Below are positions 28,126 through 39,058 of a stretch of DNA of 64,000 nucleotides, in pieces. Source of the stretch: Alphaproteobacteria bacterium (GTDB taxonomy: Bacteria; Pseudomonadota; Alphaproteobacteria; MPNO01); contig CBDFLJ010000002.1 of the NCBI GenBank assembly GCA_965248835.1, forward strand, positions 960,001-1,024,000, written 5' to 3'. Positions within the stretch are counted from its first letter, which is position 1; every line of letters begins with the position of its first letter. Both the position numbers and the translations under genes were made by a program. A model generated the notes under the pieces. It had not been told where the DNA came from. It saw only the letters and a list, made by a program, of their open reading frames with translations, and ran no database searches.

Positions 28126-28731
28126 TTATGCGTCCCAGGCGGCTTGCAAGGCCGGGCGCGCCTCGAGCCGTTCGATATAGGCGGCGAGGTTCGGCTTGTC
28201 GGTCACGTCGATACCGAAGCGCGCAGCGGTGCAGCAGGAGTGCCCGGTCATGATGTCCGCGCCGCTGAACTCTCCGGCCAGGAACTCCCGCCCCTCGAGC
28301 TCGGCATCGACGATGCCCAACATTCTCGTGAGCAGCCGGGTGGCCCGGTCGACATTGACCTGGTTGCGGCGCTCTTCCGGCAGGAGAATGGTTTCCACGA
28401 CGATGGTGTTGATCGGCGGCATGATCATGCCCTCGGCGTAATGCAACCATTGCAGATAGGCCGCGAAGGCCGCCGAACCTACCTCAGGGACAAGCCGGCC
28501 GTTGCCGTATTTTTCGAGAACGTATTGAACGATCGCCCCTGATTCGAAGATCTTGACGTCCCCGTCTTCCAACACCGGTACCCGGCCGAGCGGGTGTACC
28601 GCGAGATACTCCGGTGCCCGCATGGCAGGCTCTCCCAGCTTGTAGCGTTCGAGTTCGTAGGGAATCTCCAGCTCGTTGAGCAGCCAGACGATGCGCACGG
28701 CGCGGGTGTTGGGGGCGTAGTAAATCTTCAT
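28126..28731 (-). CDS. Glutathione S-transferase family protein
   Basis: YYAPNTRAVRIVWLL, HPLGRVPVLED, IFESGAI, FSGADIM. Confidence 0.95.
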   Translation of the reverse strand: MKIYYAPNTRAVRIVWLLNELEIPYELERYKLGEPAMRAPEYLAVHPLGRVPVLEDGDVKIFESGAIVQYVLEKYGNGRLVPEVGSAAFAAYLQWLHYAEGMIMPPINTIVVETILLPEERRNQVNVDRATRLLTRMLGIVDAELEGREFLAGEFSGADIMTGHSCCTAARFGIDVTDKPNLAAYIERLEARPALQAAWDA

Positions 28732-29220
28732 GGTTCTCGCTCACTCTTTTCGATGCACCGATCGCTTAGAGCCGGACAATCACGGCCTTGGGGTGCGCGT
28801 GTCCGCTCGGCTTTGACGGCATCCCATTTGATCGGGTGTCTATACGCGATCGGGCGGCATGCTGACGACCCAAATCCCTCGCCGACCTTGCGACCGGGTC
28901 CGATCGACCGCGCTCAGGCGTTCGGGCCACGATCTCGCAGGCGCGGTGGTTTCCGCGGCTCTTCCGCGTGTCGAGATCAGGCATCGGCCGACATTCGGAT
29001 TGGCGTTGCAGGACTCGGGTGAAACTCCGAACCTTACTATTCGGCGCAGCCACCGCCGTCTCGATCGCTGCGCCCGCCGCCGCCACCGGTCTTTGCATCT
29101 GTGATTCGGAGCCGCGCGAGGGCTCACCAGCGGGCATATTCGCACTGGTGATTCACGGCAATCACAGTTCGGTGCTACCTTCGCGCATCTTCACACCGAA
29201 CGCGCAGATGGATTCGTGGC

Positions 29221-30501
29221 ATGACAGCTAAGCCGGCGATTTCGCTCTGGGATGTGACAGCGGAAGAAGTGGATTTTGTACCATCCACACCATCTATGGA
29301 CGGCGACATCGAAACCGATGTGGCGATCGTAGGGGGTGGTTTCACGGGGTTGTCGACGGCGCTGCACGCGGCGGAGCGCGGGCTCGATTGCCATGTGTTG
29401 GAAGCCTGTCGGATCGGTCACGGCGGATCCGGCCGGAATGTCGGTTTGGTGAATGCCGGGCTATGGCTGCCGCCTCAGGATGTGCGTGCCCGCCTCGGCG
29501 ATAAACGCGGGTCGGCGCTGATCAAGGTGCTGGGGGAGGCGCCTGCTTATGTCATGTCGCTGATCGAACGCCACCAGATACGGTGTGAAGCGATGCGCAA
29601 GGGCACCATCCATGCCGCCCACTCGCCGCGCGGCTATGAGGATCTCGCACGCCGGGCGGAAGAGTGGCACCGGCTCGATGCACCCGTCGCGTTGCTGTCC
29701 CGCGCGGAGGCGTCGGCGAAGATCGGCAGCGAAGCGTTTTACGGTGGCCTCGAGGATCACCGCGCCGGCACGATCAATCCGATGGGCTATGTCCGGGGGC
29801 TGGCCCGGGCCGCACTCAGAGCCGGAGCCCGGATATCGATCGGCGTCACGGCGCGCCGCCTCCGCCGCGACAGCGGCCGGTGGATCGTCGATACGAACCG
29901 AGGCCGTGTTTCGGCGCGGGCGGTGGTGCTCGGGACCAACGCCTATACGGACGATCTATGGCCCGGGCTGAAAAAGACATTCACGATCATTCACTTCTTC
30001 CAGGTCGCGACCGTCCCCCTCGGTGATCGTGCGCGGTTTATCCTTCCCGAAGGGCAGGGCCTGTGGGACACCGGCCGGATCATGTTCTCCCTGCGACGGG
30101 ATGCGTTCGGGCGATTGATCGTCGGCTCGATGGGACAGGCGATCGGCGGCGAGAACGGGCTGTCGCAGCGGTGGGCGGCGCGCCGCATCAAGCGGCTTTT
30201 TGCCGCGCTCGGTGCCGTCGAATTCGAGAAAGCATGGCACGGACAGATCGCCATGACTCCCGACCATCTGCCGCGCATCCATCGTTTGGCGGACGGTCTT
30301 TACACACCCATCGGTTATAACGGCCGCGGTATTGCGCCAGGCACGATCTTTGGAAAGGCGATGGCCGAGCTGTTGTCCGACGGTCGGGAAGAAGATCTGC
30401 CGCTGCCCATCTCCGAGCCGAAACGGGTCGCGACGGCTCCGGTCGCGTCGCGCCTTTACCGTGCGGCGTTCACCGCCAATCAGATCGTCGGAGCGTTCTG
30501 A
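29221..30501 (+). CDS. FAD-dependent amine/imino-acid oxidase (DAO family; pipecolate oxidase/PuuB-like)
   Basis: DVAIVGGGFTGLSTALH, GGSGRNVGLVNAG, GYNGRGIAPGT. Confidence 0.9.
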   Translation: MTAKPAISLWDVTAEEVDFVPSTPSMDGDIETDVAIVGGGFTGLSTALHAAERGLDCHVLEACRIGHGGSGRNVGLVNAGLWLPPQDVRARLGDKRGSALIKVLGEAPAYVMSLIERHQIRCEAMRKGTIHAAHSPRGYEDLARRAEEWHRLDAPVALLSRAEASAKIGSEAFYGGLEDHRAGTINPMGYVRGLARAALRAGARISIGVTARRLRRDSGRWIVDTNRGRVSARAVVLGTNAYTDDLWPGLKKTFTIIHFFQVATVPLGDRARFILPEGQGLWDTGRIMFSLRRDAFGRLIVGSMGQAIGGENGLSQRWAARRIKRLFAALGAVEFEKAWHGQIAMTPDHLPRIHRLADGLYTPIGYNGRGIAPGTIFGKAMAELLSDGREEDLPLPISEPKRVATAPVASRLYRAAFTANQIVGAF

Positions 30502-30567
30502 AACACTGCCCACTTGGACGGGTCGGGGAATCGGAGACGCGCAACGAACCGAAAACGGGAGAAGCGG

Positions 30568-31320
30568 ATGACGGATCAAACCACGGCCCTGATCACCGGC
30601 GGTGCGCAGGGCATCGGTTATGCCTGTGCCGAAGCGATCGCGGAAAGCGGCGCCAGGATTGCCCTTGCGGACATCAACGCGACCGGAGTCAAGGCCGCCG
30701 CCGAGCGCCTGGGTGACAACACGGTCGCAATAGTTTGCGATATGGGCGACGCTGATCAGATCGAATCGATGTTCGATCGAATCGAAGTCGATCTCGGCCC
30801 GGTTTCGATACTCGTGAACTGCGCCGGAATCGCCGAGCCCAGTGATTTTCTCGAAACTTCCCTGGAGCAGTTCAAGTCGGTGATCGACGTCAATCTCGTC
30901 GGCACCTTTTTGGCGACACAGCGGGCGGCGAAATCGATGATTGCGGCCGGGATCAACGGATCCATCGTCAATATGTCATCGATCAACGCCCAGGTCGCGA
31001 TCCCTACGGTCGCAGCTTATTGCGCTTCGAAGGGCGGTGTTATGCAGCTCACCAAGTCGAGCGCCCTCGCTCTCGCCCCGTATGGCATCCGGGTCAATGC
31101 GGTCGGGCCAGGATCAATCGATACGGCAATGATGGCGGCTGTCAACGCCGATCCCGAAGCGATGAAGGTGGCGATGTCGCGGACACCGCTCAAACGCATG
31201 GGAAGCCCGCGCGAGATCGGCGATGTCGTTGCGTTTCTGGCAAGCGAAAAGGCGAGCTATATCACCGGCGAAACCGTCTACGTGGATGGCGGACGGCTCG
31301 GGCTGAACTACACCTGTTGA
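30568..31320 (+). CDS. Short-chain dehydrogenase/reductase
   Basis: TGGAQGIG, VNCAG, MSS, YCASK, GIRVNAVGPG. Confidence 0.95.
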   Translation: MTDQTTALITGGAQGIGYACAEAIAESGARIALADINATGVKAAAERLGDNTVAIVCDMGDADQIESMFDRIEVDLGPVSILVNCAGIAEPSDFLETSLEQFKSVIDVNLVGTFLATQRAAKSMIAAGINGSIVNMSSINAQVAIPTVAAYCASKGGVMQLTKSSALALAPYGIRVNAVGPGSIDTAMMAAVNADPEAMKVAMSRTPLKRMGSPREIGDVVAFLASEKASYITGETVYVDGGRLGLNYTC

Positions 31321-31344
31321 TCGCACGCGGCGAGGAAGTGAAGC

Positions 31345-32262
31345 GTGATGGCGCACCAGGGTCTGGAGAGATTGCCGTTCTTCAACGAAGCCGCAATCGC
31401 TGGCGTTCTGGAATGGGGACCGCTGATCGATGTTTTCGAACAAGCGATGATCTCGTTTTCCGCCGGCAGGGTGGCACAGCCGGTACGCCAGATTGTGCCG
31501 GTGCCGGGCCACGATGCGATTATCGCGGCGATGCCCGCTGTCGGCGATGCGATGGCAGTCAAGGTCGTTACCCTCTACCACGACAACGCCGGCACCGACT
31601 TTCCGACCCATCAGGCAGTGATCCTCGTGTTCGACAAGGATAACGGTGCGCCGGTTGCGGTCCTTGACGGCCGCCTGATCACTGAAATGAGGACGGCGGC
31701 GGGATCGGCTGCGGCGGCGCGCAAGCTTTCGGTTCCGGGGCCGGAGGTGGTTACCATCATGGGCAGCGGCGTTCAGGCGCGCGCCCACGCCAGTGCGTTG
31801 GCGACGGTCAGACCACTGGGCGAGCTCCGGCTCTGGGCCCGCACGGAGACAACCGGCCGTGCCGTTGCCGAGGAGATCGGCGCAGTTTTTTTCGGCGATG
31901 CCGAGCAGGCGGTGCGCGATGCCGACATCGTCGCTTGCACGACATCGGCCAAGACTCCCATCCTCAACGGGGACTGGCTGAAATCCGGCGTTTTCGTGAC
32001 CGCCGTCGGGTGGAATACCCGAGACGGCCGGGAGCTCGACGACGCGGCGATGGCGCACACCGTGATTGTCGAATCTCGCGATGCCGCCTGGGATCAGGCC
32101 GGCAATGTCCGCGGATCGAAATGCGAGATCTTTGCTGAGATCGGGGAGATCTTTGCGGGCATCAAGTCTGTTCCCGAGAATGCGACCGTGATCTACGATT
32201 CGGTCGGTATCGCCATCATGGATGTTGCTGCGGCGAAACTCGCTTATGACCTGCTGCGGTGA
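31345..32262 (+). CDS. Ornithine cyclodeaminase/mu-crystallin family imine reductase
   Basis: VKVVT, ITEMRTAAGSA, GSGVQARAH, YDSVGIAIMDVAAA. Confidence 0.93.
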   Translation: MMAHQGLERLPFFNEAAIAGVLEWGPLIDVFEQAMISFSAGRVAQPVRQIVPVPGHDAIIAAMPAVGDAMAVKVVTLYHDNAGTDFPTHQAVILVFDKDNGAPVAVLDGRLITEMRTAAGSAAAARKLSVPGPEVVTIMGSGVQARAHASALATVRPLGELRLWARTETTGRAVAEEIGAVFFGDAEQAVRDADIVACTTSAKTPILNGDWLKSGVFVTAVGWNTRDGRELDDAAMAHTVIVESRDAAWDQAGNVRGSKCEIFAEIGEIFAGIKSVPENATVIYDSVGIAIMDVAAAKLAYDLLR

Positions 32263-32384
32263 TCCAGGGAGCGTCGCCGCGGTCCTAAAAGGCGGATCCT
32301 ACGAAGTACATTCTACCCGCCAGATCAATTCTGGGCCGATCCGATGGTCCCATGCTCAGCCCCCAGTTTCTCCAGGGTCATGCC

Positions 32385-32655
32385 TGGCTCAATCTGACGC
32401 CCGACCGGCTGCAGGCTCTTCTGGCCGCGGTAGGGATCGCGCTGAGCCGGGACCCGATCTGGCGGTTTCTGAGGCGCGAGGGTCTGAGCTTTAACCCCCC
32501 CTGTTCGCGCTTGAGCAGGCCCGGGCGGCGGTTGCCTGCAAGCGGGCACGGTGGCAGGCGCAGAGAGGCTTCGCGCCCCACGGCCGCTGGCGCAGCATGA
32601 CCTTCCTGGCCGGTCTGCGCACCCATGGGCTGAGCGCGCCCTGCGTCTTCAGAAA
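32385..32655 (+). mobile_element. IS630-family remnant
   Basis: Fragments IWRFLRREGLSF and APHGRWRSMTFLAGLR..GLSAPCVF; most of the gene deleted. Confidence 0.7.
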
Positions 32656-32689
32656 CGCCCGATATGGTTCTATCTAAATCAGACAGACT

Positions 32690-33730
32690 CTAGTGGATAA
32701 AATCTAACAGACGATTCCCTTGTCCGAGCGTATGTGCGAGTCTGCGGGCATGCGCACAGGGATTACCTTCGAGGTTTGCGTCGCCGACCGTGCTCGTCTG
32801 GAAGCGGTCGTGGCGGACAGGAACAGCCCGCAGAAGCATGTCTGGCGGGCCGGGATCATTTTGGCCACGGCTGCCGGCGCGGGGACGGTCGAGATCATGC
32901 GCCGGACCGGGAAGTCGAAGCCTTGCGTCTGGCGGTGGCAGGAACGGTTCATGGCCGAGGGCGTCGATGGCCTGCTGCGGGACAAGACCCGGCCTTCGCG
33001 TATTCCGCCGCTCGAACCCGGTGTCGCCTTGCGCATCGTCGATCTGACCCTGACCGATCCGCCCGCCGAGGCGACCCACTGGACGGCCGCCATGATGGCC
33101 GGGAAGCTCGGCGTTTCCGTCTCTTCCGTGCAACGCATTTGGCGCGCCCACGGGCTCCAGCCTCATCGGGTGCGCCAGTTCAAGCTCTCCAAAGACGCCA
33201 ACTTCGCCGACAAGCTGCGCGACGTTGTCGGGCTCTATGTCGACCCGCCCGCCCATGCCATCGTGCTCAGTGTCGACGAAAAGAGCCAGATCCAGATCGC
33301 ACGCAGCCCGGCCTGCCGCTTCGCGTCCTCGACGGCACGGTCATCGGCCGCAACATGCAGCGTCATCGCCATCAAGAATTCATCCGCTTCCTCAACACGG
33401 TCGAGGCCGGAACGCCCGCCGGCACGGTCATCCATGCCATTCTCGACAACGACGCCGTCCACGCACCCCAAGGTCCGACGCTGGCTCGACCGTCTGAGCG
33501 CGCTGGACCGACTTCCTGTTCCTGGCTCAACGCCGCTTCTTCGCAAAACTCGCCAGCGCCGGCTCAAACGCGGTGTCTTCCACTCCGTCGTTGACCTTCA
33601 AGCCGCCATCAACTGCTTCGTTGCCGAGCATAACGCCAGCGAGGCCAAGCCATTTCGCTGGACCGCGGACCCGGACAAAATCATCTCCGCCGTCAAACGC
33701 GGGCATCAAGCGTTAGATTCCATCCACTAG
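32690..33730 (+). mobile_element. IS630-family element with both terminal inverted repeats; transposase internally deleted and frameshifted
   Basis: Left CTAGTGGATAAAATCTAAC versus right reverse-complement CTAGTGGATGGAATCTAAC (17/19); VWRWQERF, THWT, VLSVDEKSQIQ, KPFRWTADPDKI. Confidence 0.92.
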
Positions 33731-33734
33731 GCAT

Positions 33735-34325
33735 GGGCTTATGTCGGACGAATATCAGCACATCGCGATCATCACCGGGACGGAACGCCGCCGGCATTGG
33801 ACGGGGGTGGCGAAGCTGCGCTTCGTATAAGAACCACTGGCCAGCGGAGACAGCGTCTCGGCCGTGGCGCGACGCCATGGCGTCGCGCCAAATCTCCTGT
33901 ATCGTTGGCGTCGATTGATGACCGAGGAGGAGGGCGATCCCGGTGCGGACGGACGACGGGGCTACGGGCAATGGCGAGGTGCGCCGGCTTGAGGCGCGGG
34001 TGCGCGAACTGGAGCCTCAGCTCGACCGCAAGACGCTGGAAGTCGAGATCCTCAAGGAAGCCATTGCCAAGTCGCGGGAAAAATCGACCTTGCTCGCGCG
34101 GTCGCTGCTGAAGGACGCCTCCCAATGAAGGTTGAGGATGCGACGATGCGCGTGCGCCGCCTGGTCGATAACAAGCCGACCTATGGCTATCGACGCATAA
34201 CGGCGCTATTGAATGCTCGGCTCGATCACAGCCGCGCCGACCAAGCATCCGTCGCGGTTTCAAGGCAGAACCTCGCAACAGAACCATCACGACCCGCTGG
34301 CTCTCCCACTCAGCCCGACAGATCA
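33735..34325 (+). mobile_element. IS3-family remnant (orfA and start of orfB)
   Basis: SVSAVARRHGVAPNLLYRWRR, RVRELE..L.RKTLEVEILKEA, PTYGYRRITALL; internal stop and frameshifts. Confidence 0.85.
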
Positions 34326-34329
34326 CTAA

Positions 34330-35271
34330 GAGCCCTTCCGGAAAGTTCTTGAATCGGAAGAATCGTTTGTGATTCTGTGCTGGGCATCCGGTTTACAGGA
34401 GGAAGCCCGATGTGGACTGCGGAACACCGCCGCGCGGCGGAGCGTCGCGGACTTCGCTATCCGAGTGATCTGACCGACGCCGAGTGGGCGCTGATCGCGC
34501 CAATGATCCCGCCTGCCAAGCGCGGCGGGCGCAAGCGCTCAGTCGACGTGCGCGAGGTTCTGAACGGCATCTTCACCGTGCTGTCCACGGGCTGCCAGTG
34601 GAATGCACTGCCCAAGGATCTGCCGCCGAAGTCGACGGTGTACGACTATTTCGATCTATGGGAGTGGGATGGCACGCTGGAGCGGATCCATCATGAACTC
34701 TACGTCGCGGTGCGCGATGAGGAAGGACGCGAAGCCAGCCCGTCGGCCGCGGTCATCGACAGCCAGAGCGCCAAGGCGGCGCAAAAAGGGGGGCGTCGAT
34801 CGACGATCAAGGCTTCGATGCGGGCAAGAAGGTCACCGGTCGCAAGCGGCACATCATGGTCGACACGCTCGGCCTGATGCTGGGCATCGTGGTGCATTCC
34901 GGCGACGTTCAGGATCGCGACGGTGCCCACGAGCTCTTGCGCCGCACCCGGCGACGGTTCCCATTCATCGAGGTGATCTACGCCGACGGCGGCTATCAGG
35001 GACCGAAGATGGCCGCGACTGTCGCCAAGACCGGGGGTTGGCGGCTCGAGATCGTCAAGCGCAACGACGTGCCCCGCTTCGAGGTGCTGCCAAAGCGTTG
35101 GATTGTCGAACGCACCTTCGCCTGGATCAGCCGCAACAGGCGCCTCGCTCGCGACTTCGAACGTCACGTTCGATCCGTCGTCGCCTTCATCCGACTCGCC
35201 ATGATCCGCATCATGCTGCGCAGACTCGCCGCAACCCACTCACCATAGATTCAAACTTTCCGGATCGGCTC
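34330..35271 (+). mobile_element. IS5-family (IS1031-like group) element, apparently intact, with a -1 frameshifted transposase (34410-35248)
   Basis: Ends GAGCCCTTCCGGAAAGTT / AACTTTCCGGATCGGCTC flanked by TAA on both sides; RYPSDLTDAEW, IDSQS, A5G6 slip site at 34783-34793, GKKVTGRKRH, RWIVERTFAW. Confidence 0.93.
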
Positions 35272-35287
35272 TAAGGACAATGACCAT

Positions 35288-36283
35288 ATGACACCGGCAA
35301 AATGCGCTGCGACGATCATGATTGCAACCAGTCTTCTCTTTCTCGTTACCTACAGGGACGCCGTCGGGTCCGGCGACAAGAGACCATTGCATTGCGGCGA
35401 TGCGTACGCCCAATATGAGAAATATTGGAAGTACGATGCAGAAGAAGCGTTTGCATTCGGACAGAAGATCAAGGACACGGTGCGCCAAAGGGATCTCGTC
35501 GCGTTCTTTTCCCTGGTTGATGGCGAACTCGACAATGGGCCCAGGCGCATATACATCGACAACAAGTCATTCAGTGATATATTTCCAGAATCCTGGAGGG
35601 CGAAGATACTCAAATCCGAACCAGAGTGTACGCCGGTGGGGTGGCGTGGCTTCATGCTTGCGCATGGTCTAATCTGGTATCGCAGCAGTCCCTTCAGAAT
35701 AATAGCAGTCAATGGCTGGGTTGAAGAAAAATTTCCACCTGTTCCGGTAGGATGGAAAGTTGATGGCAAGATCCTTTCTCCGCGGTGTTTCGCCTACGAA
35801 TGGTCGTCCAGCGATAATTTCGAGGAATTTCAGGAGCAATTTGGCATCCGGGATTTTAGGGATTTTCGGCACAATACCGGAAAGTACTTTGGCGATCCGA
35901 TTTACCCCTTCGAACCGATTTTGTTTTATGGCGAAAGAATCAGTATTTGGCGCAATGTCATAGATTGCGCCGTCGACGTCGATGGCTTGTTGATTGAGAA
36001 TAAGGCGGTTAAATTTCCACCAAATGGCGATGAGCCATGGAGAAAATACGAGTATAGTCTTCTGTCGGAAATATCAAATAACCTGTGCCGGGAACTTGCT
36101 CCCAATCTTCCAGGAAGATGCGTTAAATCTTACCTTGTCGAAATATTCAGGCCCGGCGGCAGCATGTCGCTCGTCAGCCTCTATATCTACGGTTTGTTTG
36201 AGTTGGGAGACGGTGGAAAGATCGTTTTCCCGCTGAAATATTTCGATACATTGAACTCTGCACGAAATTTTCTCGACAATTGA
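35288..36283 (+). CDS. AT-rich secreted hypothetical protein (331 aa)
   Basis: Long open frame in visibly lower-GC DNA; N-terminal hydrophobic segment; several Cys; CTPVGWRGFMLAHGLIWY. Confidence 0.8.
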   Translation: MTPAKCAATIMIATSLLFLVTYRDAVGSGDKRPLHCGDAYAQYEKYWKYDAEEAFAFGQKIKDTVRQRDLVAFFSLVDGELDNGPRRIYIDNKSFSDIFPESWRAKILKSEPECTPVGWRGFMLAHGLIWYRSSPFRIIAVNGWVEEKFPPVPVGWKVDGKILSPRCFAYEWSSSDNFEEFQEQFGIRDFRDFRHNTGKYFGDPIYPFEPILFYGERISIWRNVIDCAVDVDGLLIENKAVKFPPNGDEPWRKYEYSLLSEISNNLCRELAPNLPGRCVKSYLVEIFRPGGSMSLVSLYIYGLFELGDGGKIVFPLKYFDTLNSARNFLDN

Positions 36284-36329
36284 TGAGAGATGTATGCGGA
36301 GGTCGTGCACCTGGACGCCTCCATTTTCC

Positions 36330-36790
36330 TGGAGAATTTTACCTGATTGTGATTCTCTGCGGCTGCTCGGCCGGCGGGGATCTTGATGAGACAGGCCGGC
36401 CTGTTTGGCTTACCGGATCATTTGTGCAAGCAGTGTTCGATCGGTGATCCGCTGGAAGTGTTGGCGCGAATGGCAGACTTCGAGATCTTTCGCCGCTCGA
36501 AGCAGCGCTTGGCTGTTCGGGCGGCCCAAAAGGCGGCCGCCCGGTTTAAGCGCGACCGAGATCTGGCTTGCTCAGTTGGCCCAAGCGGCGCAGAAGGGCA
36601 TCGATGCACGCTGGACGGCGAAGACCGGAAAGCGCAAGAACTCTGCCGGATCGCAACGGAGAATGCCCGACATCACGGTCCCGGTGTTCGGCGACAGCGG
36701 GCAGGACCGTCGCGCTTGTGGCGCGGCGGTAAGCCCGCGCAGCTCACATCGCTATCGACCGGGCCTACGGCTTCATCCGCACCTCGGCAA
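36330..36790 (+). mobile_element. IS5-family transposase remnant, heavily deleted
   Basis: MRQAGLFGLPDHL...GDPLEVL...DFEIFR N-terminus joined to QKGIDARWT..K and PVFG fragments. Confidence 0.7.
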
Positions 36791-36836
36791 TGACCGATGC
36801 CGCCTGCCATGACGGCAAGATGCGGCGCCGCAGGCG

Positions 36837-37850
36837 TCACGAGCGTCCATCCGCCGGTGGATTGAACTGCCGAGAGTCTCTCGTCTCCAGATCGTCCAGC
36901 ATGGCGTGGATGCGCGCGATATGCGCGTCGGTGTCGTACATGTTGTAGAGCAGCGCCTGGGTGCGCATGAGATCGCCGGTGTAGAACTGCTCGTGCAACC
37001 GCTGGCGCCCGGCGAAGCTCGACAGCGAGGCATCGAAGGTGAGGTGCAGCAACTTGATTCGCTCGGGCGAGCTCGCGTTGGCCGACTGGAAATACATCGC
37101 GACGTTCTCCTTGAGCTCGCCCGCCACCTCGGCATAGGACGGAACGGCGACAAGACCGCCCGCACCCAGCGTGTTCAGGATCTCGCATTGGCGGTTGTAC
37201 GGCTTCCAGTACATGCTCTGCCACGTCTGCAGCGGGCGGGTGCCGGCGGCTCAGGTGCCGAACTCGGTCTCGGTGCTTTCGGCCTCCGCAGCGATCCGGC
37301 AGGTGCGCGCGAACTCCGCAATCGCGATGGTTTCGGCGAGTTGGACCTGGACCGGGTTGTGGGCGTCGATCTTGGACGCACGCGCGACGGCGAGCGTGAG
37401 CGCCATCATGAACTCGGACTTGGACGTCGCCCGTACCACCGATTGCATCAAGGTGTTGGGCAGGGTGTGCGATTGCGGATTGACGAGCTGGTCGAATGCG
37501 GGATCGTGAAAAATGAAAGGCCTTTCCGACGGCACCAGCACGTCGTCGAAGATCACGAGACCGTCGGATTCGTCGTATTGCAGCGACAGCGGATGGTCCA
37601 ATAGCGACGGGCGTTGGTCTGGGCCACGGGTGGGCGGCAGATAAAGCGGAGCCCCGGCATAGAGACCGGAATCGCGAACCCGAACGAGAATGCCGTCGTG
37701 TCGCGGACCTCGTTGGTGCGGCGCCTTCCGGAAATGAGGCTGGCGGAAGGGCAGGGCTGGGCGTCCATCCCGACGCTCACGTTCAGAGGCGTTCAGAATC
37801 TGCTGGTGGTGTGGAGCACGACCAGGACGCCGAGATCATAGACCCGTCGC
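36837..37850 (-). pseudogene. 4-hydroxyphenylacetate 3-hydroxylase (HpaB-like) oxygenase pseudogene
   Basis: FAIPVSMPGLRFICR, DHPLSLQYDESDGLVIFDDVLVP, SSFAGRQRLHEQFYTGD spread over several frames; N-terminus missing. Confidence 0.85.
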
Positions 37851-37949
37851 GGCGCGCATGGGGTTGATGCTTTGGAGCGCCCGATGGTACGAAGTTTATC
37901 CGAACGTCGACGCGAATGGCTGCGAAAATCGAATGATGGAGCTGCGCTG

Positions 37950-39011
37950 ATGGCTGATGATCCAGTCGAACCGATGGTCCGCAACGCTTGGTACATCGCC
38001 GCTTGGGGACAAGAGGTCACGGACAAGCCGCTTGCACGTCGATTGCTGGACGTAGACGTCGTTCTGTTCCGTCACAGCTCGGGTCAGGCGGCCATCCTCG
38101 AGGACAGGTGCTGCCACCGTGGTGCGCCGCTCAGCCTCGGCAGCGTCGTCGATGACGGGATACAATGCGGCTATCACGGCATGACCTTCGGCCGCGACGG
38201 CGCGTGCACCGGGAATCCGGGCGAGGAAGAAGACCGGCCGCACTATCGGGTACGCTCTTATTCTGTCGTCGAGCGGCAGAACTTCGTTTGGGTTTGGATG
38301 GGCGATCCCAACCTGGCCGATCCGGCCCGGATCATCGATTTCCCGTTCCACGACGCCGACGAGGAATGGCCATTCCAGTTCGGCTGCTATCGCTACGAAG
38401 CGAACTTCATGTTCGTGATCGATAACCTCATGGACTTGACCCATCTCGGCTACGTCCACGGTTCGACCATCGGCGGGTTTCCCCAATCGCATGTGGAGGC
38501 GGTGCTGGAGACCACGGTGACGGAGAACGGCGTGAAATTCCTGAGGTGGATGATGGCATCACCCCCGCCGCCCTCCTTCGTTTCGGTCGCCGGATTCCAG
38601 GGCAAGGTCGATCGTTGGTCCGATTTCGAATACGTGGCGCCGGCCTCGGTGCTGCAATGGGGCGGCGCACTCGATGTCGGTCGCGGCGCGAAGGAGAACC
38701 GATACCAGGACGGCGGCGTGTCATTGCGGCTTTTCCACCATGCGACGCCGGAAACGGAAACCAGCTGCCACTATTTCTGGTCGGTCGCGAACCGCAATTG
38801 CCCGGAAAGCACGCCCGCCGGGAAGCAGTTCTATGCGGACATCGCCAACGCGTTCATCGAAGACAAGACCATGATCGAAGCCCAGCAGGCGGTGATCTCA
38901 CGCGACCGAGAACGCGGGCTGCACTACCGCCAACACGACGAGTCGGTCGCGCTCGCGCGCCGTGCGTTGCATCGCATGCGTGCCACGGAACTTAGATCCG
39001 CCGCCGAATAG
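37950..39011 (+). CDS. Rieske monooxygenase/demethylase alpha subunit (VanA-like)
   Basis: RNAWYIAAW, DRCCHRGAPLS, QCGYHG, DNLMDLTHLGYVH, FIEDKTMIEAQQ. Confidence 0.95.
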   Translation: MADDPVEPMVRNAWYIAAWGQEVTDKPLARRLLDVDVVLFRHSSGQAAILEDRCCHRGAPLSLGSVVDDGIQCGYHGMTFGRDGACTGNPGEEEDRPHYRVRSYSVVERQNFVWVWMGDPNLADPARIIDFPFHDADEEWPFQFGCYRYEANFMFVIDNLMDLTHLGYVHGSTIGGFPQSHVEAVLETTVTENGVKFLRWMMASPPPPSFVSVAGFQGKVDRWSDFEYVAPASVLQWGGALDVGRGAKENRYQDGGVSLRLFHHATPETETSCHYFWSVANRNCPESTPAGKQFYADIANAFIEDKTMIEAQQAVISRDRERGLHYRQHDESVALARRALHRMRATELRSAAE

Positions 39012-39058
39012 CGCTCCGGCTCCTGCAAGACAGATGGATGGGCGCAGGAACCGCTCGC

